In this document: positions 1 to 9,236 of the stretch, in pieces
How the letters are laid out: each line of letters opens with the position of its first letter
How positions within the stretch are numbered: position 1 is the stretch's first letter
DNA from: Euryarchaeota archaeon UBA89
GTDB lineage: Archaea; Thermoplasmatota; Poseidoniia; Poseidoniales; Thalassarchaeaceae
DNA: 48,427 bases
Assembly (NCBI GenBank): GCA_002495525.1
Contig: DAFS01000015.1
Location: forward strand, 13,375 to 61,801
Reading direction: 5' to 3'
Translations under genes and position numbers: made by a program
The notes under the pieces: generated by a model
Told to the model about the DNA's origin: nothing
What the model saw: only the letters and a program-made list of their open reading frames with translations
Databases searched by the model: none

Positions 1-494
1 TCACCTACTGGCTGAACTAATTCAACCGGTTTGTAAGATATCTCATCAACCTCTTTAACCTCTTCTTCCGGTATCTCAAACTTGGTGACAAATTCAGGAG
101 CATCTTCAGGTTTCAAAACATAATCCTCTTCTTCTTCATCAATAGGTTCTGGATGATCTACAGTTAGAGCAAATGAAGGATTTTTTGAAACTACTATTCC
201 ATCATCATCATCATATTGCTGAACATCTATAGTTACATCGTCAATTTGGAAAGTTGTTTTAGACCAATCGATTATTTCTTCGGACTCTTCTTCATCAAAG
301 TCACCTAATAGTTCATCAAAAAGATCGTTTGTGATTTCTTCATTTGGTCCCGAATCTTGTTGAAATGAGGGTTTTTGGAGTTCATAAAAGCATAATTTAC
401 AGTTTATTGCATCTACATCATTCTTATGTTGGCATGCAGGACATAACTTTCCCGGTTCCTCCGTATTCCTCCAATTCCGAAACTTATCGAACAC
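1..494 (-). CDS. Partial hypothetical protein with N-terminal zinc ribbon and acidic region (runs off window start)
   Basis: Not in ORF track. Manual translation from GTG at 494, preceded by SD-like GAGGGG: MFDKFRNWRNTEEPGKLCPACQHKNDVDAINCKLCFYELQKP..., then D/E-rich sequence. Confidence 0.75.
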   Translation of the reverse strand, partial: MFDKFRNWRNTEEPGKLCPACQHKNDVDAINCKLCFYELQKPSFQQDSGPNEEITNDLFDELLGDFDEEESEEIIDWSKTTFQIDDVTIDVQQYDDDDGIVVSKNPSFALTVDHPEPIDEEEEDYVLKPEDAPEFVTKFEIPEEEVKEVDEISYKPVELVQPVG

Positions 495-630
495 CCTGCA
501 TCCCCTCAGACATTCGCACTCGACAAAACATACCGTATAATCCTCACGTGAGAAAGTGTAAATCAATAAATTGAATATTTCTGAATATACACTAGAAAGC
601 GTGATGTGTGTATTCTCTCTGCATATAATC

Positions 631-2556
631 ATGGGAGGAGGTTCAGACGGCCCTCCTGTAAAATTTAATAGAAGTCAAGACCATCATGAATTATACTTAA
701 ATCTCATAAAATGGGAACTAGATGATGAAATGCAAAATGTTCGAGAAAAATTACAAAACTGGAATAAAAAAAGGCTGATTGAAAACGGAATTACACTTTT
801 TGATTTGATTGGAAAAAATGATGGTTGGTTATTCGGGCAAAGAATTGTTAAATTCACTAATAAGAAAAAGAATGATATGGGTTTTCATCGCTTCAGACAG
901 GGAGATATTGTACTAATTTCAAGAAAAGATCCTTTGAAAGAAACCCCTCTAGAAGGCACTATTTATTCAACGTCTAGATCTTCAATAAAAATTGTATTCT
1001 CAGATACGCCTAAAGATATTAGAAAACATACTTGGAGACTTGACAAAGGAGCCAATAGAATTGCTTTTGATAGGATGAGAGATGCTCTAAATAGTATATT
1101 TGATGAAGATGGAGGGGTTCCTTTGAGAGATCTATTACTTGGTATGGTACATGACCCTCCAGGCACTGCTAGTCTGATACCAGAACTTGGAGGAGCAAGG
1201 GGGAGAACTACTACTTATGCCCATGATCTAAACCAACCTCAATTAATTGCATCAAAAGCTGCTGTTGAAAGGAGATTAACATTAATTCAGGGACCACCAG
1301 GTACTGGAAAAACTCATACTGCAGTAAGAATATTAGAATCTTGGTCGAAAATGGATATTGGAACTATACTAGCTGTAGCTGATTCAAATGTTGCAGTTGA
1401 TAATTTGCTTGAAGGATTACTGGCTAGAGGCGTAAGAGTTGTGAGATTAGGACAACCGGTAAAGGTTAGAGAGAAATTAAGAATGGCTACAATGGATGCG
1501 AAAATGGAAAATCATCCTTTGAGAAGAGATTTAGATACTCAATTGGAACTAAATGATAAATTGAATAGAAGGATTAGTTCAATGAAAGGTAAAGAAAAGG
1601 GATTGGCTTATCGAGATATCAAAAAGGGATGGAAAGAAATTCGAAGAATTGAAAATCAAATTAGAGATGATATCTTAGATAGGACACAAGTTGTTTGTTG
1701 TACGTGCATAGGATCTGGAAATGAAATTCTAGATGGAAGGAGATTTCCTCAAGTATTGATTGATGAAGCAACACAGGCTACAGAGCCAGCATCGTTAGTA
1801 GCATTAACTAGAGGAGCAAGGCAAGTTGTATTAGTAGGAGATCATAAACAATTACCTCCGACTGTGATATCATTTAGAGCAGAAGAAAAAGGCTTGAAGA
1901 GGTCATTATTTGAAAGATTAGTAGACTTAGGAATTGAACCTTTACTTTTGTCTACACAATACAGAATGCACCCCGCAATCTCAAAATTTCCAAATCAACA
2001 TTTTTATTCAGGTAGGTTAGATGATGGTGTAAAATCTGAGAATCGTCTAGCTCCCGCCGGTTTACTTTGGCCCGATTGGGATAACCCTGTTGCATTTGTC
2101 CCAGTTGATGGAGGAGAAATTGTTTCCCCGGATGGAACATCTAGAGAGAATCCTACTGAGGTATCATGGGTGATAAAAATTCTAAATGATATATTGGAAG
2201 CAGGAGAAATTACAAAGAAAGACATTGGAATAATTACTCCTTACGCCGGACAAGTGAGAGCTATTCGTAATTCAATGAGTGAAAAATTAGATGATGTTGA
2301 AGTAAAAACTGTTGATGGTTATCAAGGAAGAGAAAAGGAAGTAATCATTTTCTCATGCGTTAGATCAAATACCCAAAAAAATATTGGATTTTTATCTGAA
2401 ATGAGAAGATTAAATGTGGCCTTAACCAGAGCAAAAAGGGGATTGATTGTTATTGGCGACCCGGCAACTTTGCGTAATGATAAGAATTGGAGAGCATGGC
2501 TAGAGTATATTCGTGATAGTAAGTTTGAGGCGTGGCACCTCTTGGGAATGAATTGA
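631..2556 (+). CDS. SF1B helicase, Upf1/IGHMBP2 (DNA2/NAM7)-like
   Basis: QGPPGTGKT, SNVAVDN, DEATQ, GDHKQLPP, QYRMHP, TVDGYQGRE, NVALTRAK motifs; ATG 631 preferred over TTG 571. Confidence 0.92.
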   Translation: MGGGSDGPPVKFNRSQDHHELYLNLIKWELDDEMQNVREKLQNWNKKRLIENGITLFDLIGKNDGWLFGQRIVKFTNKKKNDMGFHRFRQGDIVLISRKDPLKETPLEGTIYSTSRSSIKIVFSDTPKDIRKHTWRLDKGANRIAFDRMRDALNSIFDEDGGVPLRDLLLGMVHDPPGTASLIPELGGARGRTTTYAHDLNQPQLIASKAAVERRLTLIQGPPGTGKTHTAVRILESWSKMDIGTILAVADSNVAVDNLLEGLLARGVRVVRLGQPVKVREKLRMATMDAKMENHPLRRDLDTQLELNDKLNRRISSMKGKEKGLAYRDIKKGWKEIRRIENQIRDDILDRTQVVCCTCIGSGNEILDGRRFPQVLIDEATQATEPASLVALTRGARQVVLVGDHKQLPPTVISFRAEEKGLKRSLFERLVDLGIEPLLLSTQYRMHPAISKFPNQHFYSGRLDDGVKSENRLAPAGLLWPDWDNPVAFVPVDGGEIVSPDGTSRENPTEVSWVIKILNDILEAGEITKKDIGIITPYAGQVRAIRNSMSEKLDDVEVKTVDGYQGREKEVIIFSCVRSNTQKNIGFLSEMRRLNVALTRAKRGLIVIGDPATLRNDKNWRAWLEYIRDSKFEAWHLLGMN

Positions 2557-2565
2557 GGGGATGCT

Positions 2566-3141
2566 ATGAACGACCATGATTCACCAATTTCTATCAATAA
2601 AGGCGGTACTACGCTTGCTAAGGCATTGGTGTCTGAAGAAGGTGGACATTGGCCCGTTCCAGAAGGAACTATATTGGCATCAGGAGTAAGAAGAGTAGCT
2701 TCTTTTGTCTTAGATACTACAATTGTTAATACAATCTTACTAATATTTTCCAAAGGGAAAATGATTAATGCATGGAACCTCACACTCTGGTCTTCTTCCA
2801 ACTTTCATCATGCTTTAGCTATGGGCATAATTATCTTAATTTCTCATTGGCTTTATTGGAAATATACAGGTTTGTATTATTCTCGTTCTTTCGGACAAAA
2901 ATTAATGGGTTTGGCTGTTCTAGCAGAGGATGGTTCAGAAATGACTAATAGGATGTGGGAAATACGGGCTTGGAAGAAACTAGTATACCTAATATTCCCT
3001 TTCAGTTTCTACTTTGGAGCATATGATTTGGCTCGTATTTCTCAAAGGCATACACATCAGTCAAATGTAGATTTACGTGTTGGCTCAATAGTTGCTCATG
3101 CAAACTCATTACCTCCTGCGAATAGAAAGCACATTAAGTAG
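2566..3141 (+). CDS. RDD family membrane protein
   Basis: RRVASFVLD, SFGQKLMGL, hydrophobic segments; SD GAGGGG upstream. Confidence 0.8.
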   Translation: MNDHDSPISINKGGTTLAKALVSEEGGHWPVPEGTILASGVRRVASFVLDTTIVNTILLIFSKGKMINAWNLTLWSSSNFHHALAMGIIILISHWLYWKYTGLYYSRSFGQKLMGLAVLAEDGSEMTNRMWEIRAWKKLVYLIFPFSFYFGAYDLARISQRHTHQSNVDLRVGSIVAHANSLPPANRKHIK

Positions 3142-3150
3142 GGTGATATT

Positions 3151-3753
3151 TTGAATAAAAAAGTTGAAGAAGTGTTGAAAGGGAATTGTATAGTTTATCC
3201 CACTTCTACTCTTCCAGCTTTAGGATGTACTCTAACGTCTGAATCCCTAGATGAATTATATAAAATTAAAAAAAGACCAGCGAAAATGATAGTTAGTATA
3301 GGAGTTAGTAACTTAAAACAGGCTTCTGAATTGGTTCATTTAACACACGATTTAGAAAATTTCATGTCGGCATTTCCAGAAGGTTCTCTGACAATAATTC
3401 TCCCTGCAAAAAAAACACTTGATAGTAGATTAGGAGGAGAGAAGATAGCAATTCGTGTTTTAGCTGACCCTGTTGCTAAAGAATTCATTGAGAAAACGGG
3501 TCCATTAACTGCGACTTCTGCTAATATTAGTGGATCAGAACCGTTGAGAGACTGTGAAATGGCTGCAAAAACACTTTCTTCTTCGGAGAATATGGTTTCA
3601 TACATATCGGGGACTTGCTTGGGAGGAGCACCCAGTACCTTGATAGCATGGTATACGGTCTGTAAATCACCCAACGGTAACGAGATTGAGGTTTTGAGAG
3701 AAGGTTTGGTCGAGGAAAAGGAGATTCAAGAATGGTGGAAGAAGCGGACTTAA
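3151..3753 (+). CDS. YrdC/TsaC-type threonylcarbamoyl-AMP synthase (single domain)
   Basis: VYPTST, KKRP, PEGSLTIIL, TSANISG, VLREG motifs. Confidence 0.85.
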   Translation: MNKKVEEVLKGNCIVYPTSTLPALGCTLTSESLDELYKIKKRPAKMIVSIGVSNLKQASELVHLTHDLENFMSAFPEGSLTIILPAKKTLDSRLGGEKIAIRVLADPVAKEFIEKTGPLTATSANISGSEPLRDCEMAAKTLSSSENMVSYISGTCLGGAPSTLIAWYTVCKSPNGNEIEVLREGLVEEKEIQEWWKKRT

Positions 3754-4742
3754 AGCAATGGAGAGACGCTGGCCACGTTGCAAGAAGAACTTTGGAAGGC
3801 ATAAAAGATGAGATTCAGGAAGGGAAATCTTGGATAGAAGTAATTGATTCTGCTGAGAGATTTATCAGAAGACATGGGGGGCAAGCAGCGTTTCCAGTTA
3901 CAATTTCTGTAAATGATATTGCTGCTCATTTTACTTCTAGCCATCATGATTTGCCCCCAGAAGGATGGGATAAACCAATGATTTTTGAGAAAGGAGACCT
4001 AGTTAAATTGGATGTTGGCGTTCATATCAAAGGTGCTTTAGCAGATAATGCGCTAACAATAGAAATTGGTAATGGAAATAATCATACAGAGCAAATTAAA
4101 GCGGCTAGAGAGGCTAGAGACGCTTCTATAGAAAAAATGCATCCGGGAACTTCTTGGCATGAAATAGGTAAAGCGGCAGAACAAGTAACCAAAGATGCTG
4201 GATTTCAACCTATCAGAAATTTATGTGGCCATCAACTAGAAAGATGGAATTTACATTCGGGGACTTCGATACCCTCATTTGCCTGTGGACCAAACTCAGG
4301 TTTCAAAGGAAATGCAGAAATTGGAGGTGTTTATGCTATTGAACCATTTAATACGACCGGAGAGTCAGGTATGGTAGAAAATATACCTCCTTCCGGATCA
4401 TCGAACATCTTGAGAGTGACTGGGGACGTCTCAATACGTAAAGCACTTTCAAAAGGAAAATTAAAACCACTAGGTGCAACGATGGCTAGATATATCGAAG
4501 AGCGTTATAATACGCTGCCATTCGCTGCTAGATGGGCATATCCATTACTGGAAAAACCATTTCCGAATGAGGACGAAGAATCTTTACAGAAGAAATGGAA
4601 GGCTATGACTAAAAAATTGACTTCAATAAGATTCTTAGAAGTTTACGAAGCTCTGAGGGATGTAGATGGAGGAAATATAGGTCAATTCGAGCACACTGTA
4701 ATCGTCACAGATGGTGGCCCAGAAGTATTAACAGTACTTTGA
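3732..4742 (+). CDS. map: Methionine aminopeptidase type II
   Basis: AFPV, AAHFT, KLDVGVH, GHQL, AIEPF, QFEHTV; type II insertion with YNTLPFAARW. Confidence 0.93.
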   Translation: MVEEADLKQWRDAGHVARRTLEGIKDEIQEGKSWIEVIDSAERFIRRHGGQAAFPVTISVNDIAAHFTSSHHDLPPEGWDKPMIFEKGDLVKLDVGVHIKGALADNALTIEIGNGNNHTEQIKAAREARDASIEKMHPGTSWHEIGKAAEQVTKDAGFQPIRNLCGHQLERWNLHSGTSIPSFACGPNSGFKGNAEIGGVYAIEPFNTTGESGMVENIPPSGSSNILRVTGDVSIRKALSKGKLKPLGATMARYIEERYNTLPFAARWAYPLLEKPFPNEDEESLQKKWKAMTKKLTSIRFLEVYEALRDVDGGNIGQFEHTVIVTDGGPEVLTVL

Positions 4743-4889
4743 GGAAGAAAATCCTTATTTGTGACTCTTTTACACTTTAACCTAAGAAGGATTATGAATT
4801 ACCAACCCACATCAAACACCGTACAGGTCGTAAGGTTCTGCTGAGTGCATCCCATCCCCTCGCTAATATCTCTCGCCCTGTACACCTTA

Positions 4890-5804
4890 TTATGAATCAG
4901 TGTTAACTCTAGTATTACCAAATATTGTTACACAAATTACTGATCCTAAAATTAATAATATCCCCATAGATTGTTGGAAAGATGGTTCTTCATCTAAAAT
5001 TAATAATCCCCAAATTATTGTTAAAACCGGCTGTAAAAGTACAGCAAAAGAGGTCTTAGCACCAGGTAATCTTGGTAATGCATAAGTTATTGCGATCCAT
5101 CCAGCTACCTGACAACAAATTGCCAAAAGAATTAACCAAGCGTGATTCGGCCATTCGGGTTGTAGATTAATTGGTTCAACACCGAGGGAATTCAGAGGCA
5201 TCATTCCAATCAGAAAAATCCCTACAGCAGCACCGGCGGTAGCATCGAACTGAAGATTTTGTGCTGGGGCCATTTCTCTATTTGAGTATCTATACACAAT
5301 CAAAAACGAAGAATAGAAAATTGCTGCAAAAACACCAGCAATCACTCCTTTAAGTGGATCTTCACCATACGGCTGATCGTCCCATATTCCAGATATTAAA
5401 ACCAAACCTAACACTACAACAGGTAAAGCTAAAAGTATAGATTTGTTTGGTTTTTCTCCGAGAAATTTCCAACTAACTAACGTAACAATAATCACTTGTG
5501 AATTGCCGATCATTGTCGCTATTCCAGTCCCTATGTAATCAATAGCGGTGTGGTAACCTACAAAATCTAATGAAATCAATAATCCAGCAAATAATGTCAA
5601 CAAACGTGATTCTGGACTACGAGTATCTTCGGAATTAAGAAGAAAAATTATCAAAATCAAAACAGGAAGAGCGTACGCCATACGGAAAAAGGCCCCTGTG
5701 ACAGGATTGGTTTCTGAATATTGATACAATAATGGCGCGAAAGAAATTAATGTCGAGCCGAATAGAGCGATAAACATATTTTTTCGGTCTTCATTGACCG
5801 ACAT
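4890..5804 (-). CDS. DMT/EamA family transporter
   Basis: About 10 TM helices, FFRM, LGEKP, LQPV, DEEPS motifs in two EamA repeats. Confidence 0.88.
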   Translation of the reverse strand: MSVNEDRKNMFIALFGSTLISFAPLLYQYSETNPVTGAFFRMAYALPVLILIIFLLNSEDTRSPESRLLTLFAGLLISLDFVGYHTAIDYIGTGIATMIGNSQVIIVTLVSWKFLGEKPNKSILLALPVVVLGLVLISGIWDDQPYGEDPLKGVIAGVFAAIFYSSFLIVYRYSNREMAPAQNLQFDATAGAAVGIFLIGMMPLNSLGVEPINLQPEWPNHAWLILLAICCQVAGWIAITYALPRLPGAKTSFAVLLQPVLTIIWGLLILDEEPSFQQSMGILLILGSVICVTIFGNTRVNTDS

Positions 5805-5814
5805 CGGTTCCAGC

Positions 5815-6150
5815 TCACTCAGTAGATGTTTCAGATATCATCTTTTGAAGTTCGCCACTTTCATACATTTCCAATGCGATATCGGAGCCACCAATTAGTT
5901 CTCCATTAATGAAAATCTGAGGCATTGTTGGAAAATCGGACCAGGCGCAAATAGATGGAATTGCCCTTGAATCGGAAAGAACATCTATACTGGCCCATTT
6001 TTGTTCGAGCTGCCCCAGAACTGTAGCGGCTCTATTACTAAAACCACATCTTGGTTGTTCAGGAGTACCTTTCATGAACAACACTATTGGGTTATTATCT
6101 ACTATTTCTTGCAATTCATCTGGGGTCCAGTTAAAACTCATTTTATTCAC
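5815..6150 (-). CDS. grxD: Monothiol glutaredoxin (Grx4 family)
   Basis: VLFMKGTPEQPRCGFS, FPTMPQIFINGELIGGSDI. Confidence 0.95.
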   Translation of the reverse strand: MNKMSFNWTPDELQEIVDNNPIVLFMKGTPEQPRCGFSNRAATVLGQLEQKWASIDVLSDSRAIPSICAWSDFPTMPQIFINGELIGGSDIALEMYESGELQKMISETSTE

Positions 6151-6473
6151 TCCTTTTTTTCTCTACGAATATGCACTCCAAAAAATTCTGTTTTTTTCTC
6201 AGAGTGAGGATCAAAAGCAGTGTCAAGTATTGACTCTGCTTGTTCGATAGTCATACATTTCAAATCTAATGCATGAACGATATTTTGAGCGATAAATGGC
6301 TTAAAGTGGTTCAATATCGGTTTCTGTCTTTGTAATGGCCTGACTCCTTCGTAAGAATCTGAAACTACACGTACGTGGAAATGATCGCCACTACCGTGTA
6401 AATCTGTAGCTTCAATTTTTGCATCAGGAACTACTTTTTGTATCTCTGAGACCATCCAGGCTTCGGTCACCAT
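6147..6473 (-). CDS. BolA/IbaG family protein
   Basis: GDHFHVRVVSDSYEG..LQRQ..VHAL; overlaps grxD start. Confidence 0.9.
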   Translation of the reverse strand: MVTEAWMVSEIQKVVPDAKIEATDLHGSGDHFHVRVVSDSYEGVRPLQRQKPILNHFKPFIAQNIVHALDLKCMTIEQAESILDTAFDPHSEKKTEFFGVHIRREKKE

Positions 6474-6521
6474 GTATACTCTCTAGCGTCCGTCCTCTTT
6501 GAACCTCGCTGAAGAAATACT

Positions 6522-7202
6522 TCAATTTTGTAATGCTGAAGTGATTTCTTTTAGATTCTCTTTGATAGTCGCGTCATCATTTATAATTCCGCTACCAATT
6601 ACTGCTACATCTATTCCCCAACTCTTGACTAAAGCGGCATTATAGTGTTTTATTCCTCCATCTATCATTAATTTTGTAGGTATTCCTCCGGAGTCAATCT
6701 GATTATTTATCGCTATTCGGAACTCACGAATCTTTGATTGCATTTCAGGCATGAATGATTGGCCTCCTTTCCCTGGAACTACACTCATTACAAGCACTAA
6801 ATCAAGTTTTGATAAATATGGGAGTACTTCGGATGCGGGTGTATCTGGATTAAGTACAATCCCTGCTTGACATCCGCATGAATGGAGATTTTCAATAAGG
6901 GCGTTGACATCACTTACGGCTTCGACATGAAAAATCACTAAATTTACACCTGCATCCACATATTGCCTCCATGTTTCTTCAGCATTGGTAATCATTAAGT
7001 GACAATCAATAAAAATTTCTGAACCTAGTCTTTGGCGTATGCTACGTACTAAAGAAGGTCCAAAAGTGATTGTCTTATTGATGACCCAATTACCATCCAT
7101 TACATCGAGATGAATCCAATCAATCCCTTCAGATACTAGTTCTTGCATCAGTTTTCCTAACTCACAAAAGTCAGCTGTAAGTATACTAGGAGCTATCTGC
7201 AT
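6522..7202 (-). CDS. rpe: Ribulose-phosphate 3-epimerase
   Basis: IAPSILTADF, HLDVMDG, DCHLMI, FHVE, VMSVVPGKGGQ, IDGGI. Confidence 0.95.
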   Translation of the reverse strand: MQIAPSILTADFCELGKLMQELVSEGIDWIHLDVMDGNWVINKTITFGPSLVRSIRQRLGSEIFIDCHLMITNAEETWRQYVDAGVNLVIFHVEAVSDVNALIENLHSCGCQAGIVLNPDTPASEVLPYLSKLDLVLVMSVVPGKGGQSFMPEMQSKIREFRIAINNQIDSGGIPTKLMIDGGIKHYNAALVKSWGIDVAVIGSGIINDDATIKENLKEITSALQN

Positions 7203-7323
7203 AACCTATCCTCTGGTCAATACGATAAGCCCAAGGTACTCAATAGTTACTACTAAAGTTATGATTTAAAATAACAAATTATTATTAGGGGTAATTAGAA
7301 CTCGAAGTTTGTTGGTTGTGAGT

Positions 7324-7641
7324 ATGGGCCGGGTAGTAGATGCGAGTGATGCAGAGTTTGATATGGTGACGAAAAGTAGTGAATGGGTGCTAGTGGATTT
7401 CTGGGCTCCTTGGTGTGGGCCGTGTAAGATGATTGCACCAATTCTAAATCAAATTGCTGAAGAAAGAGATATTACAATCGCTAAAGTAAATACAGATATG
7501 AATCCTCTATCAATGGGTAAATTTGGTTTCAGAGGAATTCCTGCTTTGGTCTTATTTCATAATGGGCAAGTTGTAGACCAGATGACTGGAGCGAGGCCGA
7601 AGCCAATGTTCGATCAGTGGCTAGGAAAATATATGAGTTAA
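7324..7641 (+). CDS. trxA: Thioredoxin
   Basis: VDFWAPWCGPCKM, RGIP; ATG 7324 likely start. Confidence 0.95.
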   Translation: MGRVVDASDAEFDMVTKSSEWVLVDFWAPWCGPCKMIAPILNQIAEERDITIAKVNTDMNPLSMGKFGFRGIPALVLFHNGQVVDQMTGARPKPMFDQWLGKYMS

Positions 7642-9176
7642 TTTAGGCCTAGTTTTTTAGCCCTATCCTCTAGAGGAGTCCCTACTTCTCTTAGTAATCT
7701 AGAACGAAGAGCTTCATGTAACCACATTCCTTCCTCTAATTCTAACATTAGACCTCTTTCAATTAAATTCCTTGGAGGCTTTCCATTAAAATTAGATGCT
7801 TTGGCTAAAATTTTCCAGGGAACTGGTGTGTCTGAAACTGCTAAAAAAGCCAATAATTCTCTGTGATCATTTGGTAAAACATCGAGAATTTCTTCGTCTA
7901 GGAATCTAAGCCAATCTTCATGTAAAGTGTTACCATATATTTCTAATAATTCTAGAGCTAGAGGATGTCCACCAGTTACTGAGAAAATTTCCTCAACCGG
8001 TGCATTGTTTGGGATTTCTAAATCCTCTATCCAATCTTTGATTTCTTCTAAATTTAGGCCGGATAAAATTAATTCTTCAACTTTACCTCTTGTATGTACA
8101 TCACGACGATCATAAAAAGCAAGATTTGCCCTTGAAATAAGTAATAAGCGCATTTTAGTTGATTCTGAGACTTGTAGTAATGAACCAAAAAAGTTAGCAC
8201 CATCTGTACCTATATTATGCACATCATCAAGAATAACAAGTATTTCTGAAAGGTTATTTTCTAATAAATTCTTTTCATCCAACAAATGAGCAGTCAATCT
8301 TCTTCGAAATAAATCAATATTAAAAATTGCTCCTGGTTTAAGCGGAAGGGTTTCCAATATGTCATAAGGGTCTGAAGAGGCATCGTCAGAACCAACTCCT
8401 ATACGATGTAATAGACTAGTTGCTATTCCTAACGAAGTATCCCAAGGTTGACAAGGATAGTACATAGCCTGAATTTTATCATTCAAGGAAATTATATCCC
8501 TCATCCAAAATGATACTAGGGTAGTTTTTCCACAACCAGCAATACCTGAAAGAACAAACATTGGAGTCTTTGATTTATACCATTTATTGATTATTTCCTT
8601 CTCCAATGAACGGCCATGAACCTCCCTAGTTTCTGGCGGTCTAGTATGATAAGTTGAATGGGCCCCCGAAAGTAATGAGATAGATCCGGGCGTAATTTTT
8701 TCTTCTGAGCGTATGATTGCGCCAAATCTTATATCTCCGAAATTCAGTACACCTTCGTGTTGAGCATGCATCAAAACTTGTAATAGTGTGAGTTCTGTTT
8801 GTAGTTTTTTAGATGCTTCATCTGCTCTAATCTCCAATAGCTTGCCTTTTTTATCTCGGAGTAAAATTTTCATTGAACGTAGTCTCTCAATACTGTTTCT
8901 AGCGTTCTTACGACCTTCGCCCGTTAATTGCCATGTTTTTTGGCGTCGTTCCTCACCTCGAACTGCTCTAGTGTGTTCTGAAACTAAACCATCTGAAATT
9001 AGCTCCTTCATGGTACGTGAGACGTTAGGCAAATGAAGTGCACATACTTCTGCAATTCCTGGCCTCGTCATTTCAAATGTTACAAGATAATGGTCGGCTT
9101 GGTGATCTTGTTCCCATAAGTGAGCTAATATACGATCTGAAACGGACACATTGACCCGTGCATCAGTAGTCACCAT
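7638..9176 (-). CDS. N-terminal winged-helix protein fused to a STAND-class (NB-ARC/MalT-like) NTPase
   Basis: HTH TRPGIAEVCALHLPNVSRTMKEL; Walker A GIAGCGKTT; Walker B VILDDVH; GGHPLAL; LHE near C-terminus. Confidence 0.8.
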   Translation of the reverse strand: MVTTDARVNVSVSDRILAHLWEQDHQADHYLVTFEMTRPGIAEVCALHLPNVSRTMKELISDGLVSEHTRAVRGEERRQKTWQLTGEGRKNARNSIERLRSMKILLRDKKGKLLEIRADEASKKLQTELTLLQVLMHAQHEGVLNFGDIRFGAIIRSEEKITPGSISLLSGAHSTYHTRPPETREVHGRSLEKEIINKWYKSKTPMFVLSGIAGCGKTTLVSFWMRDIISLNDKIQAMYYPCQPWDTSLGIATSLLHRIGVGSDDASSDPYDILETLPLKPGAIFNIDLFRRRLTAHLLDEKNLLENNLSEILVILDDVHNIGTDGANFFGSLLQVSESTKMRLLLISRANLAFYDRRDVHTRGKVEELILSGLNLEEIKDWIEDLEIPNNAPVEEIFSVTGGHPLALELLEIYGNTLHEDWLRFLDEEILDVLPNDHRELLAFLAVSDTPVPWKILAKASNFNGKPPRNLIERGLMLELEEGMWLHEALRSRLLREVGTPLEDRAKKLGLN

Positions 9177-9236
9177 AGTATCCCGGAATCGATAGTTGGC
9201 ATCAAGAGTTCGGATTATAGTATCAAAAAAATATTA

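Noticed and set aside
344-574. 76-aa + strand ORF
   Set aside because: Shadow of the zinc-ribbon gene on the minus strand (1-494)
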